The notes: generated by a model from the letters alone, not told the origin. Shown: positions 18,589-27,194, counted from the first letter of the stretch. The stretch is 64,000 bases of DNA from Verrucomicrobiales bacterium (GCA_002698785.1 PAAG01000002.1:22601-86600), one strand, 5' to 3'. Numbers and translations: made by a program.

Positions 18589-19263
18589 ATGAGAGCACGC
18601 TTTCCATACCGGATATTACGTCAAGGCCCCGTCATTTGGAATCGTGCGACTTTACTCTCAAGTATTTTGCTGGTTCTACTCTCGGTCACTGGCTGCACCA
18701 CGACACCGCCTCCCGCAAAGAATGCGCAAGCGATCGATCTCGAGCCTGATGATCACGGTCGCTACATGAAATGCGGTTGGTATTGCGGAGCGCCGCCTAT
18801 GAGCGTCTCCGCGACCTCGACCTTTCATGACGGGATCTACTCCTACTCTGCCGAGAACCTCCATGATTGTCGAAAGGACACTGCGTGGGTGGAAGGCATC
18901 GGTGGAGACGGCCACGGCGAACGGATCATATTCACGTTTGATATGACAGAGCGGACGCCAGGAAGCCATGAGATTGGTGTGGGGAGCGTATCCATCATCA
19001 ACGGTTTCGCGAGGTCGAAGAAACAGTGGGAGGCCAATTCGCGGGTGAAGACGTTCAAGATCTATTTCGACGGCGAGTATCTCGATACGGTCGAGCTGGA
19101 GGATACCCGAGAACCCCAGCGGGTGCAGTTACCCAAAATGGCGTTCATCCCCGGCAAGAAGCACGAGATAGCATTCGAAATCGACACGATCTATCCCGGC
19201 ACGAATTTCTACTACACTGCGGTGTCCGATTTTCTCTTCGATGGGTTTGGGGTGAGGCATTGA
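18589..19263 (+). CDS. Lipoprotein, possibly with NADase-type/discoidin-like glycan-binding domain
   Basis: Lipobox LLSVTGC. YSAENLHDCRKDTAWVEGIGGDGHGERIIFTF...IINGFARSKKQWEANSRVKTFKIYFDG resembles, from memory, the galactose-binding-like domain pattern. Confidence 0.5.
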   Translation: MRARFPYRILRQGPVIWNRATLLSSILLVLLSVTGCTTTPPPAKNAQAIDLEPDDHGRYMKCGWYCGAPPMSVSATSTFHDGIYSYSAENLHDCRKDTAWVEGIGGDGHGERIIFTFDMTERTPGSHEIGVGSVSIINGFARSKKQWEANSRVKTFKIYFDGEYLDTVELEDTREPQRVQLPKMAFIPGKKHEIAFEIDTIYPGTNFYYTAVSDFLFDGFGVRH

Positions 19264-19406
19264 GAAATGTGATTCTATGTAGTCACACACTCCGCCACCA
19301 GGTGGATGCAGCTAACTCAACGCTCCGAACATTTGCTGAAAGTCGATTCAAGCACACCGCAACATGTTGACGGGACTCTCGGGTAATCCACTTTGTCTGA
19401 GCAACT

Positions 19407-19856
19407 ATGGAAGGATATGACGATGACTATCCCACTTGTGCCGACACTTTCGCCACGCTGAGGTTCTATCATGAGGCGTGCACTCCCGACGCTGTGACCG
19501 AGGCGCTGGGTATCTCGCCATCGAGGACGCAGGCTAAGGGGCAAAACACCGTAAATGGGAAACAAGTACAACGACGTGTCTCGGGCTGGTTCCTCTGTTC
19601 GAGAGACGAGGTTCAATCGAAAGACATCCGGCGCCATATCGACTGGATCCTCGATCAAGTTTCTGAGTTGAGGAATGAGTTTGTTCGCCTGAACCAAGAA
19701 GGCTGGCGCTCTGATATCTCATGCTATTGGCTGAGCCATGGGCACGGAGGTCCCATGCTATCCCCTTCTCAGATGGAATCTCTAGCGAAGCTGAACCTGA
19801 CGTGCGGTTTCGACGTGTATTTTGAAGAGGATAGTGCTGAGGCCCCTGCTTCTTGA
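19407..19856 (+). CDS. DUF4279-family protein
   Basis: CADTFATLRFYHEACTPDAVTEALGISPSRTQAKG matches the DUF4279 N-terminal pattern as I recall it. Confidence 0.55.
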   Translation: MEGYDDDYPTCADTFATLRFYHEACTPDAVTEALGISPSRTQAKGQNTVNGKQVQRRVSGWFLCSRDEVQSKDIRRHIDWILDQVSELRNEFVRLNQEGWRSDISCYWLSHGHGGPMLSPSQMESLAKLNLTCGFDVYFEEDSAEAPAS

Positions 19857-19952
19857 CGGTGTAATGTTCGTTATTTTACCGGCAGAGTTGTTTCTCAGGG
19901 CACTCGCTCGCTACCAGAAAAGGCGCTATTGTAGATATGAAATAAGCTGATC

Positions 19953-20243
19953 ATGTCTCCAGCGCTGTATCGATTCTTCGTCGCCGAACTTGGATCCCTT
20001 CTGGGTTTGATTTTCATGCCCAAGCATGGGTGCACCCTGTCATCCCCTCCGCTCGAAATTATGTTCTTGGGTATTTGCTTCATCCTGATTCCGTGGATGT
20101 GCTTACGACTCGATAATTCCAAACTCGCGTGGGGGCTCGCTGCATCGACATTGGTAATCACCGTCTTGCTCGGTACTGTTTACATCGAGGTCATTCACTG
20201 GGATCACTATCCCGAGCGCTTCCTGGCCGGGCAGCACCTGTAG
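19953..20243 (+). CDS. Hypothetical small membrane protein
   Basis: 96-aa ORF with 3 hydrophobic segments. Confidence 0.4.
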   Translation: MSPALYRFFVAELGSLLGLIFMPKHGCTLSSPPLEIMFLGICFILIPWMCLRLDNSKLAWGLAASTLVITVLLGTVYIEVIHWDHYPERFLAGQHL

Positions 20244-20452
20244 ACTCGACTGTGCAATCCATTTTGTCCCATGCCGAAAAAGACGATATGAGGCGAACAG
20301 TTGACTTCGACTTCGCGGATCACGTTAGTGAGCTTTCCTTATATCCTCGAACTAGCTATACTCCCCCGAAACATTCTCTTTTTCTTACATGATATTCCGG
20401 TGAGTTGCGGTCCGCGGCGCATCTCAATACGGCAGCTTTTCATATCAAATAA

Positions 20453-21772
20453 ATGTCCCATCGCAGCATCGCCATTTTCGTCTTCTGCGTCAGCGGGGTC
20501 GCTTTGCTGGCCGTAACGCTATCTACCTCGAAATGGCTGAAGAGCCGACCTAGGTGGGAGCTTTCGGCGGTAAATTCTGAGAAAGGTGTTGAGATCTCCG
20601 TGTTTCTCAAAGGAAAGAACCAACCAGTTCACTCTACGATGCTGGAAGGTCGAGAAATCGCCCATGATGTCCACCGCGTTACCGTCAATGAACTTCCACC
20701 CGGAATCGGAGAATCGACATTTGTCGACGAAACCATTCCTCCAGGACGATGGGTTCTGACTATCGATGGTGTGGAGTTAGACATTATGGAGTCGCGTTTC
20801 TTGGTCGAAACCGGAGAGGCCAAGACTATTGACATAGATGACACCGCTGAAGGAAACCAGTCGAAGAGAGGTAGCATTTACCCGCCACCAGAGAGGATTG
20901 GAGACTGGACCACGATTCGAGAGCGATTCGAGAGTTGGGATTTTGTCGAATTTCTCTATGCAGGGGAAGCTGCTGATGGAGGTTCCCATGGGTTTCTTTT
21001 CACGACCCCCGATGGAGCCGAAATCGAAATTTCGGTGGTGTGCAGTACTTGGTGGACGGAAGAAGATGCAAGAAGACGGCACCAACCAATCTATCTCTCC
21101 TGTGAAGGAAAAGAGTATTTGGTTCCTGAAAATGGGGAGATCGAAAATACGCTTCTCGAAATCCTAGACATGGCAGCCGCTAGCCTGACTGGTGAGGGGC
21201 GAAGGAATCCGAAATACATTCGACGCCTGCGAGAAACCATCGCGACCCGCACAATTCCCGACGATACCTGGCCTTACGACAAGCTCGATGCCGACGATGA
21301 TCTCGGTGACTGGATCGAAACTCAGGATCGCCTTAAGAGCTGGGAAACGGTCGAACTGCAAGATTGGGGCAATCTTGGCGATCTCATCTCGACCCGATTT
21401 CAGTTTCGATCTTCAACCGGAGATGAGTTTGGCATTGTGGTAGCTTCTCCCGATTGGCTGCCGGATGAAGAAGAAATCTCAGCCAACTCGGAACCTGAGC
21501 AACCGACTGATCCCTTTGCTGAGGATTATGATGAAGAAATAACTCGGATGCTGATACTCGTCCATTTTGGAAGAAAGCTCTTTCTAGTGGAGGAAGGGAG
21601 CGATATCGAAGCTGAGTTGCTGGGAATGCTCGACAGGGCTGCGGTGAATTCGAAAGGAGTGGGCATTTCACATCCAAAATACGTTCAGCGACTGCGAGAG
21701 GTGGTTGCGACACGCGTGCCGAGCAGCTACATGCATTGGCCGATGACTGATGAGGAGGTAGAGGGAGAATAG
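20453..21772 (+). CDS. Hypothetical membrane-anchored protein with internal domain duplication
   Basis: N-terminal TM helix. Two homologous ~120-140 aa modules occupy residues ~149-268 and ~284-423, each running from GDW...SW to HPKY(I/V)(R/Q)RLRE..ATR. Confidence 0.6.
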   Translation: MSHRSIAIFVFCVSGVALLAVTLSTSKWLKSRPRWELSAVNSEKGVEISVFLKGKNQPVHSTMLEGREIAHDVHRVTVNELPPGIGESTFVDETIPPGRWVLTIDGVELDIMESRFLVETGEAKTIDIDDTAEGNQSKRGSIYPPPERIGDWTTIRERFESWDFVEFLYAGEAADGGSHGFLFTTPDGAEIEISVVCSTWWTEEDARRRHQPIYLSCEGKEYLVPENGEIENTLLEILDMAAASLTGEGRRNPKYIRRLRETIATRTIPDDTWPYDKLDADDDLGDWIETQDRLKSWETVELQDWGNLGDLISTRFQFRSSTGDEFGIVVASPDWLPDEEEISANSEPEQPTDPFAEDYDEEITRMLILVHFGRKLFLVEEGSDIEAELLGMLDRAAVNSKGVGISHPKYVQRLREVVATRVPSSYMHWPMTDEEVEGE

Positions 21773-21799
21773 CTCTGTGTCTCTTGTTTCTAAATTACT

Positions 21800-22095
21800 A
21801 TGTACCACCTTACATTCGACACTGTCCCGACGATCGAGAATGATGAATTCTCGACCTTAGACTGAGCAATCGTAGTCGCCTGGATTCCCTCGGAAGATGC
21901 GATTGATTTAGATGACGCTGAGAGGTTGGCCAGAGCTCACATCGAGAAACACCAGTGGTTTATCAAATCCCTCGATGAGGCATCCATAATTGACGAGGAG
22001 ATCTACGAACCTCGTGATGAGCATCGTGAATTTTTCGAGACAGCTTTGTCGGGTGAACAAGAATTGGTCTTCTATACCTTTCCTGATTCGGATTA
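21800..22095 (+). pseudogene. Small-protein gene interrupted by an in-frame TGA
   Basis: ATG 21800 reads MYHLTFDTVPTIENDEFSTLD, then TGA (21863-21865), then continues in frame as AIVVAWIPSEDAIDLDDAERLARAHIEKHQWFIKSLDE...ELVFYTFPDSD to TAG 22093-22095. Confidence 0.55.
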
Positions 22096-22183
22096 GTTTC
22101 CCTTTTTGGGGAGAGGCATTTTAATGATTACCCTTCCCACCATTCGGAGAGCAGTTTAGGGAGGGATTGAAGTAGATTCTCGA

Positions 22184-22485
22184 TTACGGTTTCAACCTTT
22201 CAAGAATTCGGTCGGGGTCTTGGCGGAGGTTCAAGACAGCGTGAACTACCACCCGCGATGTTTCTACGACATAGAAAATTCCATAATCGTAAAACCCGGC
22301 ACCAGTTTTCGGCGAAGGTTCTCGTGGAAGCGTTTCCCTATCTCAGGAAACTTTTGGATATCTTAAAGCGCTCGGTAAAATGTTGAAGAAAACTTCTCTG
22401 CGCGGGCCGGTTCTTCCTCAAAAAGCGAGACGTATATGGTGAGGGCATCCTTCTCTGCCCCTTCCAAGAGGATTAGCTCTCCCAT
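22184..22485 (-). pseudogene. Decayed RelE/ParE-family toxin gene
   Basis: The ATG at 22485 overlaps the antitoxin 3' end. There is an in-frame TAA at 22363-22365 and a frameshift near 22290-22300. The shifted frame restores GFYDYGIFYVVETSRVVVHAVLNLRQDPDRILERLKP, homologous to the intact toxin at 26895-27194. Confidence 0.7.
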
Positions 22486-22712
22486 GAAGCTCCTGTTTCC
22501 CGCTGCAATCGCTTCTTCGCTTCGGTCCAGCTTGAGCCGGTATCGCGATCCTGTCGATACGCTTCCATCCGCTCATTGAGCACTTCCAGGATCGCTCGTT
22601 CCTGATCTCCAGAAACGGTGGGAGCATTCAAGTCGTCCAAAAGTTCCTCAGCCATGAGCGTTTTCTCCTCCTGACTCAGTTTTTGCACATCTGGGAGAGT
22701 TTCCAAGATCAT
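22473..22712 (-). CDS. Addiction-module antitoxin (putative addiction module component family)
   Basis: The 79-aa sequence LSQEEKTLMAEELLDDL...ILEVLNERMEAYRQD is a paralogue of 26689-26898. It sits upstream of the toxin remnant. Confidence 0.7.
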   Translation of the reverse strand: MILETLPDVQKLSQEEKTLMAEELLDDLNAPTVSGDQERAILEVLNERMEAYRQDRDTGSSWTEAKKRLQRETGASWES

Positions 22713-22984
22713 ACGAAAGGATACTCCGTGGGAGAAAGAACTTCAAACTCCCTAATGTTCGCATTGATCACAACCTCAGTGATAAAATGATATTTTATTT
22801 TATTAATTTTTACTCATTTTTATTTCTTTTGCGCGGGCGGACTATGTGTGGGCTGTGAATGGCTGGGGCGGTCAGCGAATGACCGAAGCGAGATGCTTTG
22901 GCTCCACTAGAGTCTGCTCTGCCGAGAGAGTTTCGCTTCGACTGAAGTCGAAGTTACGGGGCTGTTGGCATCACGGGTTTGGCC

Positions 22985-23917
22985 TCAGGAAAAGTGACCG
23001 GGGACGTTCTGGTAGCCGTTGGAGCCGCTGATGAAACGGCGGGCGACGGCCTGGTATTCGTCGATGAGGTCGACGTCTTCGGCGGAGGCTTCGTGGATGT
23101 CGAGGTCGTAGCGTTCGCGTCGGAAAGGAACTATGTAGGCCATGGGCGTTCCGCGCGGAAGGATGATCTGACCTTCCTCCATCTGAAAAAGGGCGTTGAT
23201 GTGGGTGGTGTGGTGCTGATCGGAATGGACGATCCCAGGCATCGCGGCCCAGAGGTGATCGAAATGGTAGTAGCAGGGCAGGACGCGAATGGAGTAGCCG
23301 GGCGATGTGCGACAATACCAGGGACTGACAAATTTGACCTCGGCTTTGAAGCCTTCGTTAGGCATGGTCTCGTATTGCTTTCGGGGATGGCTGAGGAGGG
23401 CGAATTCCTCGTTTGGAGTCTGCCAGGAAAAGGTGCCATCTTTCCGAAAGGTGATGGAGTAGTCGCACCAGAGGGGTAGCACGTAGCCAGTGCGAAGGAA
23501 GTCGATGATGGCGGGACACTGTTTGACCGTAGAGTTTTGCCGAATTTTTAACTCTTTCGGGAATGTCTGGAAATCGGTGACGCGGTTGTAGTGGGTGTCC
23601 ATTCCCCGGAACCATCTGGGGATGTATTTCGTGGCGGGTGCAGGTGGCGCCAGCTTGAGGAGGCTTCGGTGCTTGTGCTCGACGAAGAATTCGATACGTG
23701 CCCGGTCTTCGTCATTTTCTCCAGATACAGTCGGACTGGGCACGGGACAGAAATCGTCGAGGTCTCTCCCCTGTTCGATCAGTAGACGGGAAGCGAGGCA
23801 TTGCAGCTCATCAGGACTGAGCGTGTCCCTTAGCGTTTTGAGGTGGGTCTCGACGGAGGATTCCATCGGCAACGGTATGGCCGTGGTGCCCAAGGGTGGG
23901 CAGGAAAATCGTGTCAA
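22985..23917 (-). CDS. Hypothetical protein (orphan; possible start at 23866)
   Basis: 310-aa ORF. The conserved-looking block STVKQCPAIIDFLRTGYVLPLWCDY...PGIVHSDQHHTTHINALF cannot be assigned confidently. It is the only minus-strand long ORF between the TA remnant and lysA. Confidence 0.55.
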   Translation of the reverse strand: MTRFSCPPLGTTAIPLPMESSVETHLKTLRDTLSPDELQCLASRLLIEQGRDLDDFCPVPSPTVSGENDEDRARIEFFVEHKHRSLLKLAPPAPATKYIPRWFRGMDTHYNRVTDFQTFPKELKIRQNSTVKQCPAIIDFLRTGYVLPLWCDYSITFRKDGTFSWQTPNEEFALLSHPRKQYETMPNEGFKAEVKFVSPWYCRTSPGYSIRVLPCYYHFDHLWAAMPGIVHSDQHHTTHINALFQMEEGQIILPRGTPMAYIVPFRRERYDLDIHEASAEDVDLIDEYQAVARRFISGSNGYQNVPGHFS

Positions 23918-24061
23918 ATCCGTTACGTTTGAGTGCTACTGAATCAATTCGAGGGCCAAACGTGCACGAGATCGGCTACCGGGGACTGATTGTGATTTTT
24001 CACCCCGGGCTTGCCCCGTGGGCGATTCCCTCTATCTTCCACGCTCTCATTCTAGAATACG

Positions 24062-25303
24062 ATGTCATCCCTTTCCCCCCAGCGTGCCGATCAGCTTCGT
24101 GAAATCGCGAGCGAGTATGGAACTCCGACGTATGTCTATGATGCGGAGGTCATCCGAAAGCAGTTCCGTCGGCTGAAGAAGTTCGACATTGTTCGCTTCG
24201 CCCAGAAGGCTTGCTCGAACACGCATATTCTGCGCCTGCTTCGGGAGGAGGGTGCGGTGGTGGACTGTGTATCGGCCGGGGAGCTGGACCGTGCGCTTGC
24301 TGCGGGATTCGAGCCGGGTGCGGATCCGGCGCAGATTGTTTTCACGGCAGATATCATCACGCCAGACGCGATTGAGCGCGTGGTGGAGCTGGGTGTGCCT
24401 GTGAATGCGGGCTCTCCTGATATGCTGACGCAGATCGGTGAAGCGAATCCGGGACATCCGGTCTGGCTGCGGATCAATCCAGGATTTGGCCACGGTCACA
24501 GTAAGAAGACGAACACGGGCGGTGAATCGAGCAAGCACGGCATCTGGCACGAGAATATCCACGAAGCGCTGGAGCTGATCGACAAATACAATCTGAAGCT
24601 CGTCGGTATCCATATGCACATCGGATCGGGCGCGGAGATCGATCACCTCTCCCGCGTGTGCGATGCGATGGTGGAGCAGGTGAAGACGGCAGGACGCGAC
24701 ATCGAGGCGATCTCTGGCGGAGGTGGCCTTTCTATCCCCTACTCTCCGAATGATCCGGAGGTGGATGTGGATGCGTATTTTGATAAGTGGGACGAAGCAC
24801 GTCGCCACGTGGAAGAGATCGTGGGACACAAGGTCCATCTCGAGCTGGAGCCGGGGCGTTTCCTCGCGGCGCAGGCGGGATCTCTGATCGCTGAGGTGCG
24901 TGGACAAAAGCAGACGGGCTCGAATCGCTATGTGCTGGTGGACGCGGGTTTCAACGACTTGATGCGGCCGGTGATGTATGGCTCTCGCCACGAGATGGAG
25001 TTGCTGCCTCATGATGGTCGTGACATGGATGCCCCGACTCCGACGGTGGTGGCGGGTCCGCTCTGTGAAAGCGGTGATATTTTTACCCAGCTCCCGGGTG
25101 GAGATGTGGACGCGCGTCCCCTGCCCCCGACGGAAACCGGTGACCTGCTGGTCTTCAAAGATGCGGGTGCCTATGGCTCGGTGATGGCGAGTAACTACAA
25201 CTCACGCCCCCTGGCTGCCGAAGTGATGATCGATGGAGATGACATCCGCCTGATCCGCCGACGCCAGACGATCGAAGATCTACTGGCGCTGGAGGAGGTG
25301 TAG
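24062..25303 (+). CDS. lysA: Diaminopimelate decarboxylase
   Basis: PTYVYDAEVIRKQF, FAQKACSN (PLP lysine), HMHIGSG, EPGRFLAAQAG and GPLCESGD blocks; 413 aa. Confidence 0.92.
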   Translation: MSSLSPQRADQLREIASEYGTPTYVYDAEVIRKQFRRLKKFDIVRFAQKACSNTHILRLLREEGAVVDCVSAGELDRALAAGFEPGADPAQIVFTADIITPDAIERVVELGVPVNAGSPDMLTQIGEANPGHPVWLRINPGFGHGHSKKTNTGGESSKHGIWHENIHEALELIDKYNLKLVGIHMHIGSGAEIDHLSRVCDAMVEQVKTAGRDIEAISGGGGLSIPYSPNDPEVDVDAYFDKWDEARRHVEEIVGHKVHLELEPGRFLAAQAGSLIAEVRGQKQTGSNRYVLVDAGFNDLMRPVMYGSRHEMELLPHDGRDMDAPTPTVVAGPLCESGDIFTQLPGGDVDARPLPPTETGDLLVFKDAGAYGSVMASNYNSRPLAAEVMIDGDDIRLIRRRQTIEDLLALEEV

Positions 25304-25390
25304 GGTTTTCGCCTCGACATTCGGGGTCGAACTAGAGAGTCTCATTGTGGACTCACGTTCGGTGCTTTTTCGGGCGTGGTTGGTTTAGCA

Positions 25391-26158
25391 ATGAGTAGAG
25401 CTCTCCTCCATTTCGTGTCGCTTCTTCTGGCTGGATGTTCTTTTGCCAATGCTCAGGATGCGACGGGGAAAGAAGTCGACCCTTTTAGCGAAAGCCCTTT
25501 TAACGTAGTTCCTGATCCTGACGGGAATGCCTATTTTCCTAAGGGGCGGGAGTCCTACTATACGGAACGTCTACGGGCGATGAATGAGCCTTCGCTTTTT
25601 GCGATGGAGGGTAAGAAGGATGCACCGGTTCAGTATCGATTTCTGTATTTGCCGACCTTTTCTAAACCGATCGCCTTTCGAACGGTCATCAAGGACAAGG
25701 AGCCGTTTATCCACGTTGTGCGACTCGATGGCATGGGTGGGTATGACCCGGGTGAGATTGAGATCGAAGCGGAGATCGAGATTGCGAAGCTGGAGTATCG
25801 GGCGTTAAAACAGATATTGGATCGCGCTTTGGAAGAGCCTATTTCGGAAATGCAGGCAGCGGCACTCGCGGGCCTGGACGGCACAACCTGGATACTGGAG
25901 TCGATCGTGAACGGCGAATATCAAATGCAGGACCTCTGGTCGCCAGATTCGTATCTGGAGATGGAGATCGACCATGAGGAATTCGAAAAACGCTCTGGCG
26001 TAAAATTTCCGAACCTGCGTCCCTTTGTAGAGGGCTGCAGCTACTTCCTCGAACTCACAGATATGAAATTTCCTAATCGTGATCCCTCTATATATCGTGA
26101 TGCGGGTTTCGAGGGAGAATTGCCAGAGGAGGTATCAAGCACTTCTGAGGAGGAGTGA
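25391..26158 (+). CDS. Hypothetical secreted protein
   Basis: Signal peptide MSRALLHFVSLLLAGCSFANA, an acidic C-terminus and no recognised domain. An alternative GTG start is at 25376. Confidence 0.55.
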   Translation: MSRALLHFVSLLLAGCSFANAQDATGKEVDPFSESPFNVVPDPDGNAYFPKGRESYYTERLRAMNEPSLFAMEGKKDAPVQYRFLYLPTFSKPIAFRTVIKDKEPFIHVVRLDGMGGYDPGEIEIEAEIEIAKLEYRALKQILDRALEEPISEMQAAALAGLDGTTWILESIVNGEYQMQDLWSPDSYLEMEIDHEEFEKRSGVKFPNLRPFVEGCSYFLELTDMKFPNRDPSIYRDAGFEGELPEEVSSTSEEE

Positions 26159-26226
26159 TTGCTTCGGGATTGAATTTTGGAGAGTGATCGGGATACTTCG
26201 CCACCGCCAATTTCTATATTGCCATC

Positions 26227-26619
26227 ATGCCAAACTTCAACATCAAGTGCCTCGTATCAGGATCCGAAACGGACGGAAAAGTTGCCGTCTTTGAAGAAGT
26301 CGTCAAACCGGGAGCGGGTCCTCCCCGCCACACTCACCGCGATCAGATCGAAGTGTTTCATGTGATGTCGGGAACGTTTCAGTTCGAAGTCGATGGAGAG
26401 GTTATCGAGCGAAGCACGGGCGGCACGGCAGTCGTTCCAGCGAAGGCAGTCCACGCGTTCCGGAATGTCGGTGATACGACTGGAACGGTGCGGTTCGAGT
26501 TGCTCCCTGCCGGGAATTCGGAGGAGTTTTTCCACAGGATCGTGAATGAAGAGATCGAGGATTTCCGAACGTTCTTCAATGAGTATGGGCTGGATCTTTC
26601 CGGTCCACCGATGGGGTGA
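26227..26619 (+). CDS. Cupin-domain protein
   Basis: 130 aa with cupin motifs GAGPPRHTHRDQIEVFHV and VPAKAVHAFRN. Confidence 0.75.
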   Translation: MPNFNIKCLVSGSETDGKVAVFEEVVKPGAGPPRHTHRDQIEVFHVMSGTFQFEVDGEVIERSTGGTAVVPAKAVHAFRNVGDTTGTVRFELLPAGNSEEFFHRIVNEEIEDFRTFFNEYGLDLSGPPMG

Positions 26620-26688
26620 GGTTGATTGGAGCGAAAGACTCCCCGAAAAACGTTCGCTCAATTTTGTAGTATCCGCTATTGTGGAAGG

Positions 26689-26898
26689 ATGACGGTGGAA
26701 GAAGTCAATCAACTCCCGACTGAAGAAAAGGTTCTTTTGATGGAGGCTCTCTGGGCTGATCTGCGGGAGAGATTTGAAGCCGCCGACATTCCCCAAGAGC
26801 ACAGAGAGATTCTCGACGCGAGGAGATCAAAAGTAGAGGCGGGTGAAATGAAGATCTTGGCGTGGGACGATGTGAAGTCCACCATCGGTCGCCGATGA
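26689..26898 (+). CDS. Addiction-module antitoxin
   Basis: MTVEEVNQLPTEEKVLLMEALWADL... Its stop overlaps the toxin start (ATGA at 26895-26898). Confidence 0.75.
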   Translation: MTVEEVNQLPTEEKVLLMEALWADLRERFEAADIPQEHREILDARRSKVEAGEMKILAWDDVKSTIGRR

Positions 26899-27194
26899 AT
26901 CGCATCGAGATTTCGGAGGGAGCTCTTCAAGACCTTAATGACGGGTTTCTCTTTTATGAGGTCCAAGAGGCAGGTCTTGGTGATTACTTCGTTGCTTGCC
27001 TTCGGGCCGATATAGAGCGGCTTAAGATAGCAGCCGGCACACATAGAATCGTTTATCACGATTACTTTCATGTGGTCAGCAAAGTGTTCCCTTATGGGAT
27101 TTATTACACATTCGCCGAGAAAACTGCGACCGTCTGGGCGGTGCTCGATCTCCGTCGAGATCCGAAGTGGATTCTAGACCAGCTCGACAAGTAG
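26895..27194 (+). CDS. RelE/ParE-family toxin
   Basis: 99 aa. FPYGIYYTFAEKTATVWAVLDLRRDP is a typical ParE/RelE C-terminus. It is translationally coupled to the antitoxin. Confidence 0.8.
   Translation: MNRIEISEGALQDLNDGFLFYEVQEAGLGDYFVACLRADIERLKIAAGTHRIVYHDYFHVVSKVFPYGIYYTFAEKTATVWAVLDLRRDPKWILDQLDK

Larger units (their letters stand above)
15732..22712 (+). mobile_element. Candidate integron-like gene-cassette array without integrase in window (CALIN-like)
   Basis: A run of short same-strand unrelated ORFs is separated by repeats with conserved ends. One repeat has an attC-like fold. The run also holds a TA module and two pseudogenes. See findings. Confidence 0.4.

Noticed and set aside
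21863-21865. In-frame TGA as selenocysteine or programmed readthrough
   Set aside because: No obvious SECIS-like hairpin lies immediately downstream. The context fits a Gly codon mutated to stop, and the adjacent toxin gene is also decayed. A pseudogene or sequencing error is more parsimonious.
23918-24061. Lysine riboswitch (L-box) upstream of lysA
   Set aside because: The leader is only about 140 nt. I could not find the conserved L-box helices or sequence blocks.
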